Below, piece by piece: positions 37,931 to 47,895 of a stretch of 64,000 bases of DNA. Where the stretch lies: the IMG/VR virus record IMGVR_UViG_3300020049_015491. The stretch is one strand, 5' to 3'. Positions within the stretch are counted from its first letter, which is position 1; each line of letters starts with the position of its first letter. The DNA comes from an uncultured virus (IMG/VR IMGVR_UViG_3300020049_015491) (Duplodnaviria; Heunggongvirae; Uroviricota; Caudoviricetes). The translations under genes and the position numbers were made by a program. Below the pieces are notes generated by a model. The model did not search any database. It worked only from the letters and a program-made list of their open reading frames with translations, and was not told where the DNA came from.

Positions 37931-38289
37931 AGTTGTTCACCGATTCCTGTTACATGATGTGGTTTTTCCAAGATTTTCAGGATCTGAATCATATTTTTGG
38001 TCCCAGGGCTCTCTCCGTCCCAGAACAACAATGCTGCATCAGCATATTCGCACATGGCTTTGTTTCGAACTTTGATTGCGTTTTCGCCATCTTTGCTTTT
38101 GTTCTGCAGCATAGGTCTGACTTTTATTCCATTTTCTTCAGCCCATTGTTTTCCAAGCTCTTCTGCCCCTCTCAAGCCTCCGAAGATCACCTCTGTTATT
38201 TCATCTACGTTGTCATTGACTCGCTGTGCTGTACCACATAGGAAAGCATAATCGGTAAACGATCTGCTACCGGATATAATTAGTTTCAT
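37927..38289 (-). CDS. SLOG/YspA-like (DUF2493) protein
   Basis: IISGSRSF...GG.RGAE...RNKAM...FWDGESPGTKNMI. Confidence 0.85.
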   Translation of the reverse strand: MKLIISGSRSFTDYAFLCGTAQRVNDNVDEITEVIFGGLRGAEELGKQWAEENGIKVRPMLQNKSKDGENAIKVRNKAMCEYADAALLFWDGESPGTKNMIQILKILEKPHHVTGIGEQL

Positions 38290-39953
38290 ATAGCACTCCT
38301 CTTTCTCATTTCACGCTGTTCTTTCGTCTCCCAAACCAGGGCATCTTTGAACCATTTTTCAAAGAATATTTTATTCTGGCTAAAGAAATATCCGAAATTA
38401 GCATCAAGGATATATGTTTTTGAAAAATCCTTTGGCCCCCTGGTGCATCTGCCGGCTGCTTGCTGAATCGCGACAGATGTTTCGAGTCTATACCATTTAT
38501 TTAGGCCCAGCTCTTTTTCGTCTAATACATTGCGTTTTACCACCCATTCGTCACCCAGTCCTGGGTACGGTACTTTTGGAATAATATTTAGTTCAAACAG
38601 ATTTCCGTCCAGGCTCAACCCTTCAGCGTAGCCCACGCTTAGCCAGATTATCTGGCCACTATGGGTTAAGAATTTCTCAAGTGCGTCATCGCGATTGCCA
38701 CAGAAATCATCATTTGGGGGTGCATTTTTCTTCTCTTGCAGGAGGACTATCTTCTTGAAGGTTGGCTGTTGTTGAACTATTTCGTCTCTTAGCATCCGAG
38801 CCAGGGTATAACTGTGGCAATGAACCAAAGTCTTCTTTGGATTTGCTTTATGCAGGGCTATGATTCGGCTTGCCATTCGAGGCAAGGTATCTTTCACGTT
38901 GTTCATGCTCATCTTGCCTTCAGGACTGTAGTAGACCCTCCTGCGATCTACAGGGATTGGGTGAGGAGCCTCGATTCTGGTGTAGTTTTCAGTCAACAGA
39001 GAAGTGGTTGGAGTGCCGGATGACATGATGACGAATTCGAGGTCTTTTATCATTCCATAGAATGGCCACTTTCCGCGCATAAGTTTGAATTTTCGCTCGT
39101 GATCAATGAAATATGCATCTGGATCACTTGCCATGCTAATAATTCGACTTACCGTACCCTGTTTTCTTTCCACCTTATTAAGGCGACTAGTTATGTCCAT
39201 AACTTGTTTCAGCACTTTTGGGTCTCGTCTTTCGAGAGCAAACCCTAGATCATCCAACTGATCCTGGTATATCAGTTGCTGTTCCATGAGATCTACAAGC
39301 CAATCGTGTAATGACGGCACCAAATTGGCAATATCCACATGATCAGGCAGAGTAATTCCGAATTGGTGCAGCAATTTATTTTCTAAGCTGGCCGATTCAT
39401 CGATAATTAAAGCGTCTCTGGGACCTGGTTTATTCGGATCTTTGCGTTTATGGTTATATAGAAAGAAATCCAGGGTGGATGCTACCAAAGGTTGCTGCTT
39501 AAACATGGCTTTTTTTCTCAAATATTCGCAGTTCCTGCATTCTTCAGGCCGCATTCTGATAAGCATGGCTGTCCGGTAGGGGCAGCTATCAGCCATCATT
39601 CCCATTCCCAGAGTGCAACATGGATAATTTGATCTTCCCATAACGGTGGGAATCCCCAAGGCATGTTCATCAGCGATTTGTTTGACGAGATTTCGAAGTG
39701 GCGTGGTGTAAATCACTTTTGATATATTACCTGGATACAGTTTTAATAATGCCATCCCGGTAGCTCTATTGATGGCTGTTTTCCCAGAGCCTGTTGGGGA
39801 TGATAATTCAAAGATTTTACTTTTTATTTTCCCGGTGCGATAGTTCTCGTATGCTTGAAGCGCTCCTCGGACTGATTCCGCCTGACCAATCCGATAACTT
39901 GGATATATATTAAATTGGTTTAAATCTAATTTATCAATATCAATGGATTCCAT
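38286..39953 (-). CDS. DinG/XPD-like SF2 helicase
   Basis: PTGSGKT, GRSNYPC Fe-S cysteines, DESA, QAAGRCTR. Confidence 0.85.
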   Translation of the reverse strand: MESIDIDKLDLNQFNIYPSYRIGQAESVRGALQAYENYRTGKIKSKIFELSSPTGSGKTAINRATGMALLKLYPGNISKVIYTTPLRNLVKQIADEHALGIPTVMGRSNYPCCTLGMGMMADSCPYRTAMLIRMRPEECRNCEYLRKKAMFKQQPLVASTLDFFLYNHKRKDPNKPGPRDALIIDESASLENKLLHQFGITLPDHVDIANLVPSLHDWLVDLMEQQLIYQDQLDDLGFALERRDPKVLKQVMDITSRLNKVERKQGTVSRIISMASDPDAYFIDHERKFKLMRGKWPFYGMIKDLEFVIMSSGTPTTSLLTENYTRIEAPHPIPVDRRRVYYSPEGKMSMNNVKDTLPRMASRIIALHKANPKKTLVHCHSYTLARMLRDEIVQQQPTFKKIVLLQEKKNAPPNDDFCGNRDDALEKFLTHSGQIIWLSVGYAEGLSLDGNLFELNIIPKVPYPGLGDEWVVKRNVLDEKELGLNKWYRLETSVAIQQAAGRCTRGPKDFSKTYILDANFGYFFSQNKIFFEKWFKDALVWETKEQREMRKRSAI

Positions 39954-40028
39954 GTTACCCTCATAAGTGTTTTATACTTGTATGTTGATTAATGCCATGC
40001 ACTGTGGGATATTCGGACCCTCCGTATC

Positions 40029-40328
40029 TCATGGTGCATCTAATGCTGCTTTTATTCTGATAAGAAGCATCGTTAACCGATTTTCCTTATCCAACACATA
40101 GATTCTCCCACGGCCAACAGAATCTACGGTTTTAAGTATGTGATATTTATCCAATAGGTCCCATACTTTATACAAGGTGTTGCGGCCCATTGAAAGCTTG
40201 ATTCCGACCTCGGATTTATTTAGGTTATTTGGGCTTTCTTCGATGAACAATTCCACTACACGCATAGCGGATTTGTTACCGATTAACTTCAAGAAATTGC
40301 TCTCTATGAACTCAGGCTCATTGGTCAT
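40029..40328 (-). CDS. HTH transcriptional regulator
   Basis: NKSEVGIKLSMGRNTLYKVWDLL wHTH pattern. Confidence 0.7.
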   Translation of the reverse strand: MTNEPEFIESNFLKLIGNKSAMRVVELFIEESPNNLNKSEVGIKLSMGRNTLYKVWDLLDKYHILKTVDSVGRGRIYVLDKENRLTMLLIRIKAALDAP

Positions 40329-40618
40329 TGTATCACTAGCAAAACATTAGTAATTCAAAAGTTTAAATACGTTTCGGTAATGAAACATTAAATGTTTAAA
40401 GAACAGTACATTAAGAGAGGAGTTATCGCACTCCTCAAGCGGAATGGGTGATCCTGCCATCCTCAGGAGATTGAATGCGGGAGGACCGTATGTTCAGGCT
40501 AAGCCTGTTACCGAATGCTTAGAGGTGCCGGCAACCTTATTCAAGGGCTCAACCTTTGTCGCGATTAATTGATTCGCTGGTGTCATACTAATCCTCATGT
40601 TACCCCTTATGGGTGTAA

Positions 40619-40960
40619 CTAGCAAGTTTTCTGAATTTTAGCTCTCATCTTGGTGTAAGCCACTTCTGGGTCTATGTTATACTTTGCGCGATATTCTTTT
40701 TTAGTATATTGATTTCCCAGAGAATCTACATATCGTGCTTCGCCCACTACCGGAATTATTTTGCCGGAGGGCAGCGCCCATTCAAATCCGGTTGGTGCCA
40801 TGCACCCCAGCCAGTTCTCGTCTACGGGGTCCTCGTCAAGATTTACATCAGCACAGGTTCCGCACTGGGGACAGCATACTTTAGCCATTCCTAAATCATG
40901 TGGCTGAGAACCTGTTCTTATTTTCTGCAGCCTTCTTTTCAAATCATCCAGATAGCTCAT
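40619..40960 (-). CDS. Cys-containing hypothetical protein
   Basis: CPQC; similar to 14980-15300. Confidence 0.65.
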   Translation of the reverse strand: MSYLDDLKRRLQKIRTGSQPHDLGMAKVCCPQCGTCADVNLDEDPVDENWLGCMAPTGFEWALPSGKIIPVVGEARYVDSLGNQYTKKEYRAKYNIDPEVAYTKMRAKIQKTC

Positions 40961-41541
40961 AACTTTTCACCTTCCCAGATATCCTTTCCACTGAGTTCAA
41001 GCGTCCTATTAAACAGTAGCGCTCCACCCATTTGATCTACTTCCGCAATGGTCAGTGGTCGTCCTTTGTATGGCACGTTAATTCTCTCAGTTACTATAGC
41101 ATTTCGCAATGCTGAAACATCAAATACTATTGCAGAGTTTGCCATCATGGTTGTAGTAGTGAGTATGGTAGTGCTGTTATCTTGCGTATCTGTGACTTCA
41201 ACTTCGACAGGCTTTATTGCAAATCCGTAGATCACGCTTGCATTGATATATTCACCTGATACCAAATTAACATATTCGGGAGTTCTTAACCTGATTTTTC
41301 CAGCATCTGCATCTAATTGGGCTATTCCTTCGGTACTGTCTTTGGATATCATTTTGGTTCCGGAGTATGCCATTGCGCCAATGGTAGATACATCTATCGA
41401 ACCACGTTGACTATTTTCTATTATGCGAGTTTGCCCGCTGTCATCGCAAACAGCATCGAGGCTGGTCGTAATCGTTGCTTGTGCAGGAGCAGGAAAGAAC
41501 ATCAGCCCCAGCATAATCAGAAGCGCATAAGCAATTGACAT
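40957..41541 (-). CDS. Secreted hypothetical protein
   Basis: Signal peptide; similar to 14452-14973. Confidence 0.65.
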   Translation of the reverse strand: MSIAYALLIMLGLMFFPAPAQATITTSLDAVCDDSGQTRIIENSQRGSIDVSTIGAMAYSGTKMISKDSTEGIAQLDADAGKIRLRTPEYVNLVSGEYINASVIYGFAIKPVEVEVTDTQDNSTTILTTTTMMANSAIVFDVSALRNAIVTERINVPYKGRPLTIAEVDQMGGALLFNRTLELSGKDIWEGEKL

Positions 41542-41575
41542 AATCCTAATTTTACCTGCACAGATAAAAAACTAT

Positions 41576-44065
41576 TCACCAGGAGAATATCGATTGCTGT
41601 CGAGACTTTTGCATTAAATCCTGTTCACTGATATTAAAACTGGCAAATATCCTAGACAGGGGTGGTAGTAGTTGTTTTTTGACATAATATTCAGTGTCGA
41701 TAGGTATATTGTTCTCCATAGCATATTCTGGGTCTTCTGCGCGAGCGGTCATGAGTTCCTGGCGTGAACCTTTTTTTCGTTGACTTTTGATAATTACAAA
41801 AGGAATTCTGTCACCCAATACGTATTTTTGAACCCCTCGTTTTTTCATCTTTTTGACCAGCTCTGCATGGGGCTGGGCCTGGTCATAATTTTCGGGGTTT
41901 CGAGTCAATGTTCGGGTTAAGATCAGATCTTTGATAGTATCTTCAGATGGTTCTTTTACACTGGTGAGAGCAATTCGAGCATGGTTGAGGGCATCATCCA
42001 CGTTACCCTCGATCAATATTTTTTCCAAGCATGCGGTTAGAGTCCTGGCTGTGAGATTGCACCAATCGCGACGCACTGTTTCAATACCCTTGGCTTTAAT
42101 GACTCCTGTGTCAGCGTTTTCGAATCGGTACATGGCATAATGCTTTTTGGCGATAATTAGGATTCTTCTAGCATATGCTTCGAATACCAGCTCCATTGGA
42201 TCTGGTAGACCCGCCGTGATGGTCTTGGCGATCTGTATTCCGGTCTCCTTGGCTTCCTCAAATGTGAGATGCTTAGAGACTGAGATAAAGACAGAATCCG
42301 TGTCCCCCGCTATTACTTTTAGGGATTTGCCATCTACTGTTCCAATATCCTCTACGATTTTGCAGGTTCTGAGCAGATTCTCTCGGCCATAGCTCGTAAC
42401 TGAGTTGGCGATGATGGGGGAGAAAAGTCTGGCCCTGGTATAGCCTGAGTAGCCGTACATTGAGTTTAACAGGATTTTCATGGCGTATTGCTTGGCATCA
42501 AGGGCGTCGCGCTCTTCGGGGCTTTTAGCCTGTTTCATGGCCTTTTTGGCAGCTATGCGTTCATTAAGAATTTTAGATAGTACTCGAGGGATGATACCTT
42601 TATAAACATGGGGGGAGACGAACCGGCCTCCGCTGGGGGAGGTTATGATTTGACCATCTGGTGGCTCCTCATCTCGTATTTCGGTGGAATAACAGAGATT
42701 ATAGGCCATCATAATGGTTGGATATAGCGATTTGAAGTCAAGGATAAGGACTTCCTCAGTCAATCCGATAACTGGGGGCAGCACTATGGCTCCGGTAATT
42801 GTGTCTTTCTCATCGAAATCATCTTCGTCCAGGGCTTGCTTGACGCCCATCACTCGATGCTCGAGGATAAACTCTCGTGCCAATCGTGCTTCAATCATAT
42901 TCGACTGGCCTCCATTTACCACTACTTGTAGTAAGGCACCGCTGGCTTTAGCTAGAGCTATGTATTTGTCCATGACCTTCAGTTCTTTTATAAGTCGCAT
43001 GACAAGCCACGAGTCGCGTCTGGAGTAAGAAATAAAGCGTTTGATGTCGGGGCCTTCCCAGAGCGCTCTCATTTCATTTGCTTTAACATCCAGCTTTTCA
43101 CTATGCAGGATCTCCTGCGCTACCGTGGCCAGGCGGTAATTTTTCAACCTATATTTGTCGATGGCCTTGACCGCTGGAAGCATGTCGAGAACTATTCTCC
43201 CCTGGATGGTTGCTGAATATTTTCCCAAAAAGCTTTTGCACCACGGAGGCCGGCCATCTCTGGACATGCGAAGCTGGATTTTTAGAGTCTTGGATCTGTC
43301 CACCAGGTAGGGCAAATCGAATCCAACAATGTTATATCCGGATACGATATCCGGATCATATTCTGCAACTATGAAAGACAGTTTTTTCAGCATATCTGTT
43401 TCATTTTTCGCCATAATTACGTCTGGTCGTAGACAACCAATATCCTTGGCCATCATTACCACATCAGTCTGGCCTCGCCAGGCTGGGCTGAAAGACATAC
43501 TGATCAAGATGACTGGATCTTCGTCTGCAGTTGGGAATCGACCATCTTCTTTTGGTAGAGCTTCGATATCCAGTGTCATTATTTTCATGGGGGCATTGGC
43601 TTTTTCGTTAATTCCAATCACATCGGTATGGTTGATATGGGATTCTTTAGGCACTATCACCCATCCTGCGCCAGTGATTCCATGATCTATCATGAATCGG
43701 TCTCGGAATATGATATCGCTTTCGTAGGATACGTATCCATCGTGGTTGCAGAAGTCCTGTAGTATGCGAATATCTTTTGGATTTTTGACATAAACTTTCA
43801 GCATCGGAACCGGCTTGGTCTGATATCCAATTGGTTTGAATCGATTTACTGTCATAATTTCTATTTCGATTCCAATCTTCTTGGTAAGCTCGGTGATATA
43901 GATTTCAGCTTTTTTAAGGTCTTTACTGTAGATATAAAAATAAGATATAAATCCATGCACATATTTAATGCAGGATTTGCCATCCATGGTTATCCCGTAG
44001 AGCGTAACTACGGGAAACCCTTGGTTATCTAAATAATGGCCGGCGTCTATTACTTGGATCTGCAT
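41576..44065 (-). CDS. polB: Family B DNA polymerase
   Basis: DIE, YNIVGFD, YSRRD exonuclease motifs; DFKSLYP, KILLNSMYG, GDTDS, KGIETVRRD. Confidence 0.97.
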   Translation of the reverse strand: MQIQVIDAGHYLDNQGFPVVTLYGITMDGKSCIKYVHGFISYFYIYSKDLKKAEIYITELTKKIGIEIEIMTVNRFKPIGYQTKPVPMLKVYVKNPKDIRILQDFCNHDGYVSYESDIIFRDRFMIDHGITGAGWVIVPKESHINHTDVIGINEKANAPMKIMTLDIEALPKEDGRFPTADEDPVILISMSFSPAWRGQTDVVMMAKDIGCLRPDVIMAKNETDMLKKLSFIVAEYDPDIVSGYNIVGFDLPYLVDRSKTLKIQLRMSRDGRPPWCKSFLGKYSATIQGRIVLDMLPAVKAIDKYRLKNYRLATVAQEILHSEKLDVKANEMRALWEGPDIKRFISYSRRDSWLVMRLIKELKVMDKYIALAKASGALLQVVVNGGQSNMIEARLAREFILEHRVMGVKQALDEDDFDEKDTITGAIVLPPVIGLTEEVLILDFKSLYPTIMMAYNLCYSTEIRDEEPPDGQIITSPSGGRFVSPHVYKGIIPRVLSKILNERIAAKKAMKQAKSPEERDALDAKQYAMKILLNSMYGYSGYTRARLFSPIIANSVTSYGRENLLRTCKIVEDIGTVDGKSLKVIAGDTDSVFISVSKHLTFEEAKETGIQIAKTITAGLPDPMELVFEAYARRILIIAKKHYAMYRFENADTGVIKAKGIETVRRDWCNLTARTLTACLEKILIEGNVDDALNHARIALTSVKEPSEDTIKDLILTRTLTRNPENYDQAQPHAELVKKMKKRGVQKYVLGDRIPFVIIKSQRKKGSRQELMTARAEDPEYAMENNIPIDTEYYVKKQLLPPLSRIFASFNISEQDLMQKSRQQSIFSW

Positions 44066-44370
44066 TTACCCCATCCTCTGCATTCGAAATCCTGGAATCG
44101 TTCGAAGGTATGCTGGATGCCTAATTTTAAAACGTCACTGGGAATTAGGCCCATATCATAGCATAACATTTCGATTTGCACCATAGCATCTCCGAGTTCC
44201 AGTTTAGCGGAAGCGATCTGCTCTTTTTCTTCGGTTGGAAAAATCCTGGCTTGCAGTAAATGATAAGCAGCATTGGATATTTCCTTATTTAATATCACTA
44301 TCCGGTCAATTGGTGTTTTGCGATCTTTCTCTAAGATATGGAGAGTTCTAGTGTTTCTTTCAAATGCCAT
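44050..44370 (-). CDS. MazG-like NTP pyrophosphohydrolase
   Basis: KLELGDAMVQ helix motif; lies between ThyA-like and polB genes. Confidence 0.55.
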   Translation of the reverse strand: MAFERNTRTLHILEKDRKTPIDRIVILNKEISNAAYHLLQARIFPTEEKEQIASAKLELGDAMVQIEMLCYDMGLIPSDVLKLGIQHTFERFQDFECRGWGKCRSK

Positions 44371-45322
44371 GATGTGATGCTCCAGGAGTTCCTAATTCAC
44401 CAGTCGGTCCATTGAGTTCAGTCTCATGAACGCCGGGTCCGATTTCATAAGCGCACATGTCACGCAGATTTGATATGTTCCATGTTGGATTTTCTAAGAG
44501 CTGGAGTACTTCTGGAATTGAGGTATCGTAGATGTGCAGCGAGTCATTAACATCGTAGATTATGACGATGGTGCAATTGTTGGGCTGAACAACCTCTGTG
44601 AATATCGAATTGATGATGCCGATGAGATTGGGTTGCCAGGCTCCCCATGCATCCCTGGATCGCCAGTTGAGATGGATAGAGACCTGTAGGTCGCCCTCGT
44701 ATCGGACTCTGCAGCGCTGCAGGCAGGGGCTGGCTGGATGCCCGATATCGACGGATGGCCGCCAGGTAATGAGTTGGCTGCGGTTGGTGGCAATTCCGGT
44801 ATGTATTTGCTCTTTTAGATCTCTGCGAAGAGCTGTGAGCTGATTTATCGTTGGTACGCATAGCCTGGGTCGGTTGGCGAAACAGGCTATTAGTCGGTGG
44901 AATAGAGAGCTACTACGGGATTGGATTATCTGACTTTCAACAGGGTATCTGGTAAACCGATCATAGTAGGTGTAGACGAATCGATCTTTGGGATCTTTGG
45001 CATCTTGGTCATCCAAAAATGCCTGGTTGAACTCATTTCGGTATTGCGTGGTTAACTTAAATGGGCTGTTTGGGTGAATCTGGTTATTCAGGATCTGCGT
45101 GATTGCATTTCCCTCAAGTACGATATCCTGAACGGTGTCACGAGCTTTTTTGGGATTTTTAGCATCTCCGAAAATGATCACTTTACCTTGCATGCAGTTC
45201 TGAAGAATTTCCATCCACGCCTGGTTGAAATCCTTGGATTTGATATGACAGATTGGCGGTAACATATATCGAAAAAAGGATTTAAACCTATATAAGAGTT
45301 TTGCTACGTTTAGAGTTCCCAC
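44360..45322 (-). CDS. Thymidylate synthase-like (archaeal ThyA type)
   Basis: FVYTYYDR, SPCLQ, WRSRD, GAWQPN, SLHIY; start uncertain. Confidence 0.85.
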   Translation of the reverse strand: MGTLNVAKLLYRFKSFFRYMLPPICHIKSKDFNQAWMEILQNCMQGKVIIFGDAKNPKKARDTVQDIVLEGNAITQILNNQIHPNSPFKLTTQYRNEFNQAFLDDQDAKDPKDRFVYTYYDRFTRYPVESQIIQSRSSSLFHRLIACFANRPRLCVPTINQLTALRRDLKEQIHTGIATNRSQLITWRPSVDIGHPASPCLQRCRVRYEGDLQVSIHLNWRSRDAWGAWQPNLIGIINSIFTEVVQPNNCTIVIIYDVNDSLHIYDTSIPEVLQLLENPTWNISNLRDMCAYEIGPGVHETELNGPTGELGTPGASHHGI

Positions 45323-46056
45323 AGGTTTTCGACTTGGAAGATCTTTCTGGCGTTCTTACCTAGTTTACGGTTATTGATCTTGATATCCTCCAATCTGGAA
45401 TACTCGTCTGCATCTAAGCATTGCTGAGCGATTATCATGAAGTTCATGACGGAACCGAACTGCTTAATAATTTCTTCTGAGCGCTCCCACCCAAAGCCCG
45501 GTAGATTTGACAGCACATTTAGGGCATGCATGTTTTTATAAGGCTTGGTGAGTATTGTGACGGGGGGATCGTCTGTGATATCATGTGTCATATATTTCAG
45601 TAATGTTCGATATGCCATGATGGGATTCTTGGATAAGAATAATGGGGTGATTCCAAGTTCTTTGATATCCCCTAAAATGGCTAGTAACATGTCCTCATCT
45701 TTACTGAGCTGATCTTCGGTGCGTTCTATGATATCGTTATTCTTGTCGCGATATACCTTTGGGACTGCCGCCAACACGCTATCCTGGCTGCCCATAATAG
45801 CAAGATAGCCATGATCACATGTAACTGCGATATCCATGCATTGGCGGCCAAGGCGGCCTCGTGGTGGCAATGACGCCCATAAATCATTAACCTCTTTTAC
45901 TTCTGCTCCTACTCTTTTTTCGTTTCCGGTCAGGAGCACATCGAATAGTAGTTCAGCTTTCTGAGGAACGGATATCTGTTTTTTATAATACACCCAGGCG
46001 TCCATTAAGAAATCAGGTCTGGAGGACTGGGTTTCATTGGAATCGTACTGCAGCAA
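45310..46056 (-). CDS. ERCC4/XPF-like nuclease with HhH
   Basis: YDSNE...DVL...EVKEVNDLWAS...Q; LPGFG HhH. Confidence 0.7.
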   Translation of the reverse strand: MLQYDSNETQSSRPDFLMDAWVYYKKQISVPQKAELLFDVLLTGNEKRVGAEVKEVNDLWASLPPRGRLGRQCMDIAVTCDHGYLAIMGSQDSVLAAVPKVYRDKNNDIIERTEDQLSKDEDMLLAILGDIKELGITPLFLSKNPIMAYRTLLKYMTHDITDDPPVTILTKPYKNMHALNVLSNLPGFGWERSEEIIKQFGSVMNFMIIAQQCLDADEYSRLEDIKINNRKLGKNARKIFQVENLWEL

Positions 46057-46079
46057 AAAAATATATAGACCCCCTGATT

Positions 46080-46418
46080 TTATTTCTTAGTTAGCCTAGC
46101 CACATCTGTCTCTTTTCTGGAGTCGAAGTAGCTTTTCAAAGCCGATAAGAGAGCTTCGAATATGCCCATCAGGACTACACCAGTGGCTATTTCCGGCACA
46201 TCATATTTCAGAGCTGACATTGCCATCACGCCTAGTGTTATGACGCCTGTCATAATCATTAGGTAGATTGTGAGCCGATATCTCGTAGATTCCACGGTTG
46301 GGGTCTGCAGGCGTTGAATTAGCTCTGCTGTCAATTCCTCTTTCAACTGTGCTATGGCATCTTCCAAGGCTTTGGGTGCCACGTTGACCGAATTCTGGTC
46401 GTTTAGATTGTCGTCCAT
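46080..46418 (-). CDS. Two-TM membrane protein
   Basis: Two hydrophobic segments and a basic C-terminus. Confidence 0.65.
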   Translation of the reverse strand: MDDNLNDQNSVNVAPKALEDAIAQLKEELTAELIQRLQTPTVESTRYRLTIYLMIMTGVITLGVMAMSALKYDVPEIATGVVLMGIFEALLSALKSYFDSRKETDVARLTKK

Positions 46419-46428
46419 AAAACCTCTT

Positions 46429-46668
46429 TTATTTAAGTGATTCGCAAATACGGTTGCAGGAAGTTGACATTCCTGCAGCTACCTGTCCAAGTGGACAATA
46501 GGTATCTGTGAACTGATCTTTGTTTATTTTCCCCAATTTTCGTAAGGTCTCAAGTACCTCATTCACTACATCGGGAGGAAGCGCGACGTTTCGTACTATC
46601 TCCTCCTTAGTCTTGCAGGATGTTAAAGCACCTATTACAATATTTAGGTCTTCAAGAGTCGCCGGCAT
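46429..46668 (-). CDS. Small wHTH-like protein
   Basis: TKEEIVRNVALPPDVVNEVLETLRKLGKI. Confidence 0.5.
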   Translation of the reverse strand: MPATLEDLNIVIGALTSCKTKEEIVRNVALPPDVVNEVLETLRKLGKINKDQFTDTYCPLGQVAAGMSTSCNRICESLK

Positions 46669-46718
46669 AAGTTCACCATGTACCTGTATTGGTAGTTATC
46701 CTATTAAAAAGATTTTGG

Positions 46719-47894
46719 TCAATCATTGGAATTTAGAATAGCATCCCAATGAGTGACGTTGCCGATATTTGTGGGGACTACGAATTTGGCCCAAAGAGTA
46801 ACGGTAGACCCGTCTGCAGGCACAGATGTCTGGTACTGGGTGGAACCTGTGAATTCGTAACTGCCTGCGGAACCGTGTACGATTACACCCATCCATCCTC
46901 GCCAGGCCTTATTTCCTATATTACGTACCTTATATCCGAACCAGGTTTGTTCTGGTGGCGATTTGATGTAGTTGCAGACTGGCCCAACCATTTCCAGGGA
47001 GGCCAGGGTAGATACTGGCTGGTTGCTAGATCTGCATCCTGATACTTGAATACCAATTTGTTTTGCCTTGAACGACTCGGCTCCAGGCTTATAAGGTACG
47101 CCCTGGCCTTCGAGAATCATGAGCTGGTTGATGTTGGTCCCGCTAGAATCATACACGATGCATATTTGTCGGCTGTAGGGGTCGGAACCCTTGATGAGCA
47201 GCCTAATGGATGATCCCGGGGGTATGTGATCAGCCAGCCAGGTTTTAGCCGTGCGTCCGGACTGGAAGTTCAGTTCGGATGAGGACATCCCATCCAGTCT
47301 TACTGTGAATGGGGTGATAACGCATAGTTGGCCGGCAGCGCAAACTTGGGACGCCTCAAACGTGTCACCGTCGATTATGGATATCACTCGCGCATTAATC
47401 TCTGAGCCGGTGGCAGGAGTTACGATTGCTAGATTTGCAATATATGTCATCAAAGATTCATTTATGTTCTCGTTTCCTTTCATAACAATATATTGATTGC
47501 CAGATACCTGCGCCAATGTAACAATGGAACCCATAGGTACGTGAAGTTGCAACCATCCCACGGCTTCGGATTCGTGGTCGCCTGGGACTACTCCCTCCAG
47601 TGAAACAGATTTGGGGGTGAGGTCGCAAACTTGCCCCAGGGGGCAGTCCAGTAAGACCAGCATCGAGTTTCCACTGGTTATTTGGGTCACTCTACCTGTC
47701 TTCTCATACTCAATGGCTATGGGGGTGTAAGTGCTTCCCAGTGATGAGTACATCCAGCTTATATCTGGAATATCGATATCTGTAGTATTGTCGAGGTCGG
47801 ACAGAATTGCATTCATGAGGCTGGATGCAGTTATAAGACCGTTACCAAAAAAGTTGGAGGAAAGCCAACTCTTTCTGGTTTCGCTGATTGCCAT
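46719..47894 (-). CDS. Thermonuclease (SNase) domain protein
   Basis: IIDGDT...VRLDG...DPYSR...INQLMILEG; GGAGGTG SD before ATG 47894. Confidence 0.8.
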   Translation of the reverse strand: MAISETRKSWLSSNFFGNGLITASSLMNAILSDLDNTTDIDIPDISWMYSSLGSTYTPIAIEYEKTGRVTQITSGNSMLVLLDCPLGQVCDLTPKSVSLEGVVPGDHESEAVGWLQLHVPMGSIVTLAQVSGNQYIVMKGNENINESLMTYIANLAIVTPATGSEINARVISIIDGDTFEASQVCAAGQLCVITPFTVRLDGMSSSELNFQSGRTAKTWLADHIPPGSSIRLLIKGSDPYSRQICIVYDSSGTNINQLMILEGQGVPYKPGAESFKAKQIGIQVSGCRSSNQPVSTLASLEMVGPVCNYIKSPPEQTWFGYKVRNIGNKAWRGWMGVIVHGSAGSYEFTGSTQYQTSVPADGSTVTLWAKFVVPTNIGNVTHWDAILNSND

Positions 47895-47895
47895 T

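Noticed and set aside
44845..44945. Possible BHB intron explaining the ~25-aa insertion in the ThyA-like gene
   Set aside because: The outer helix is poor and predicted splicing would create an in-frame TAA
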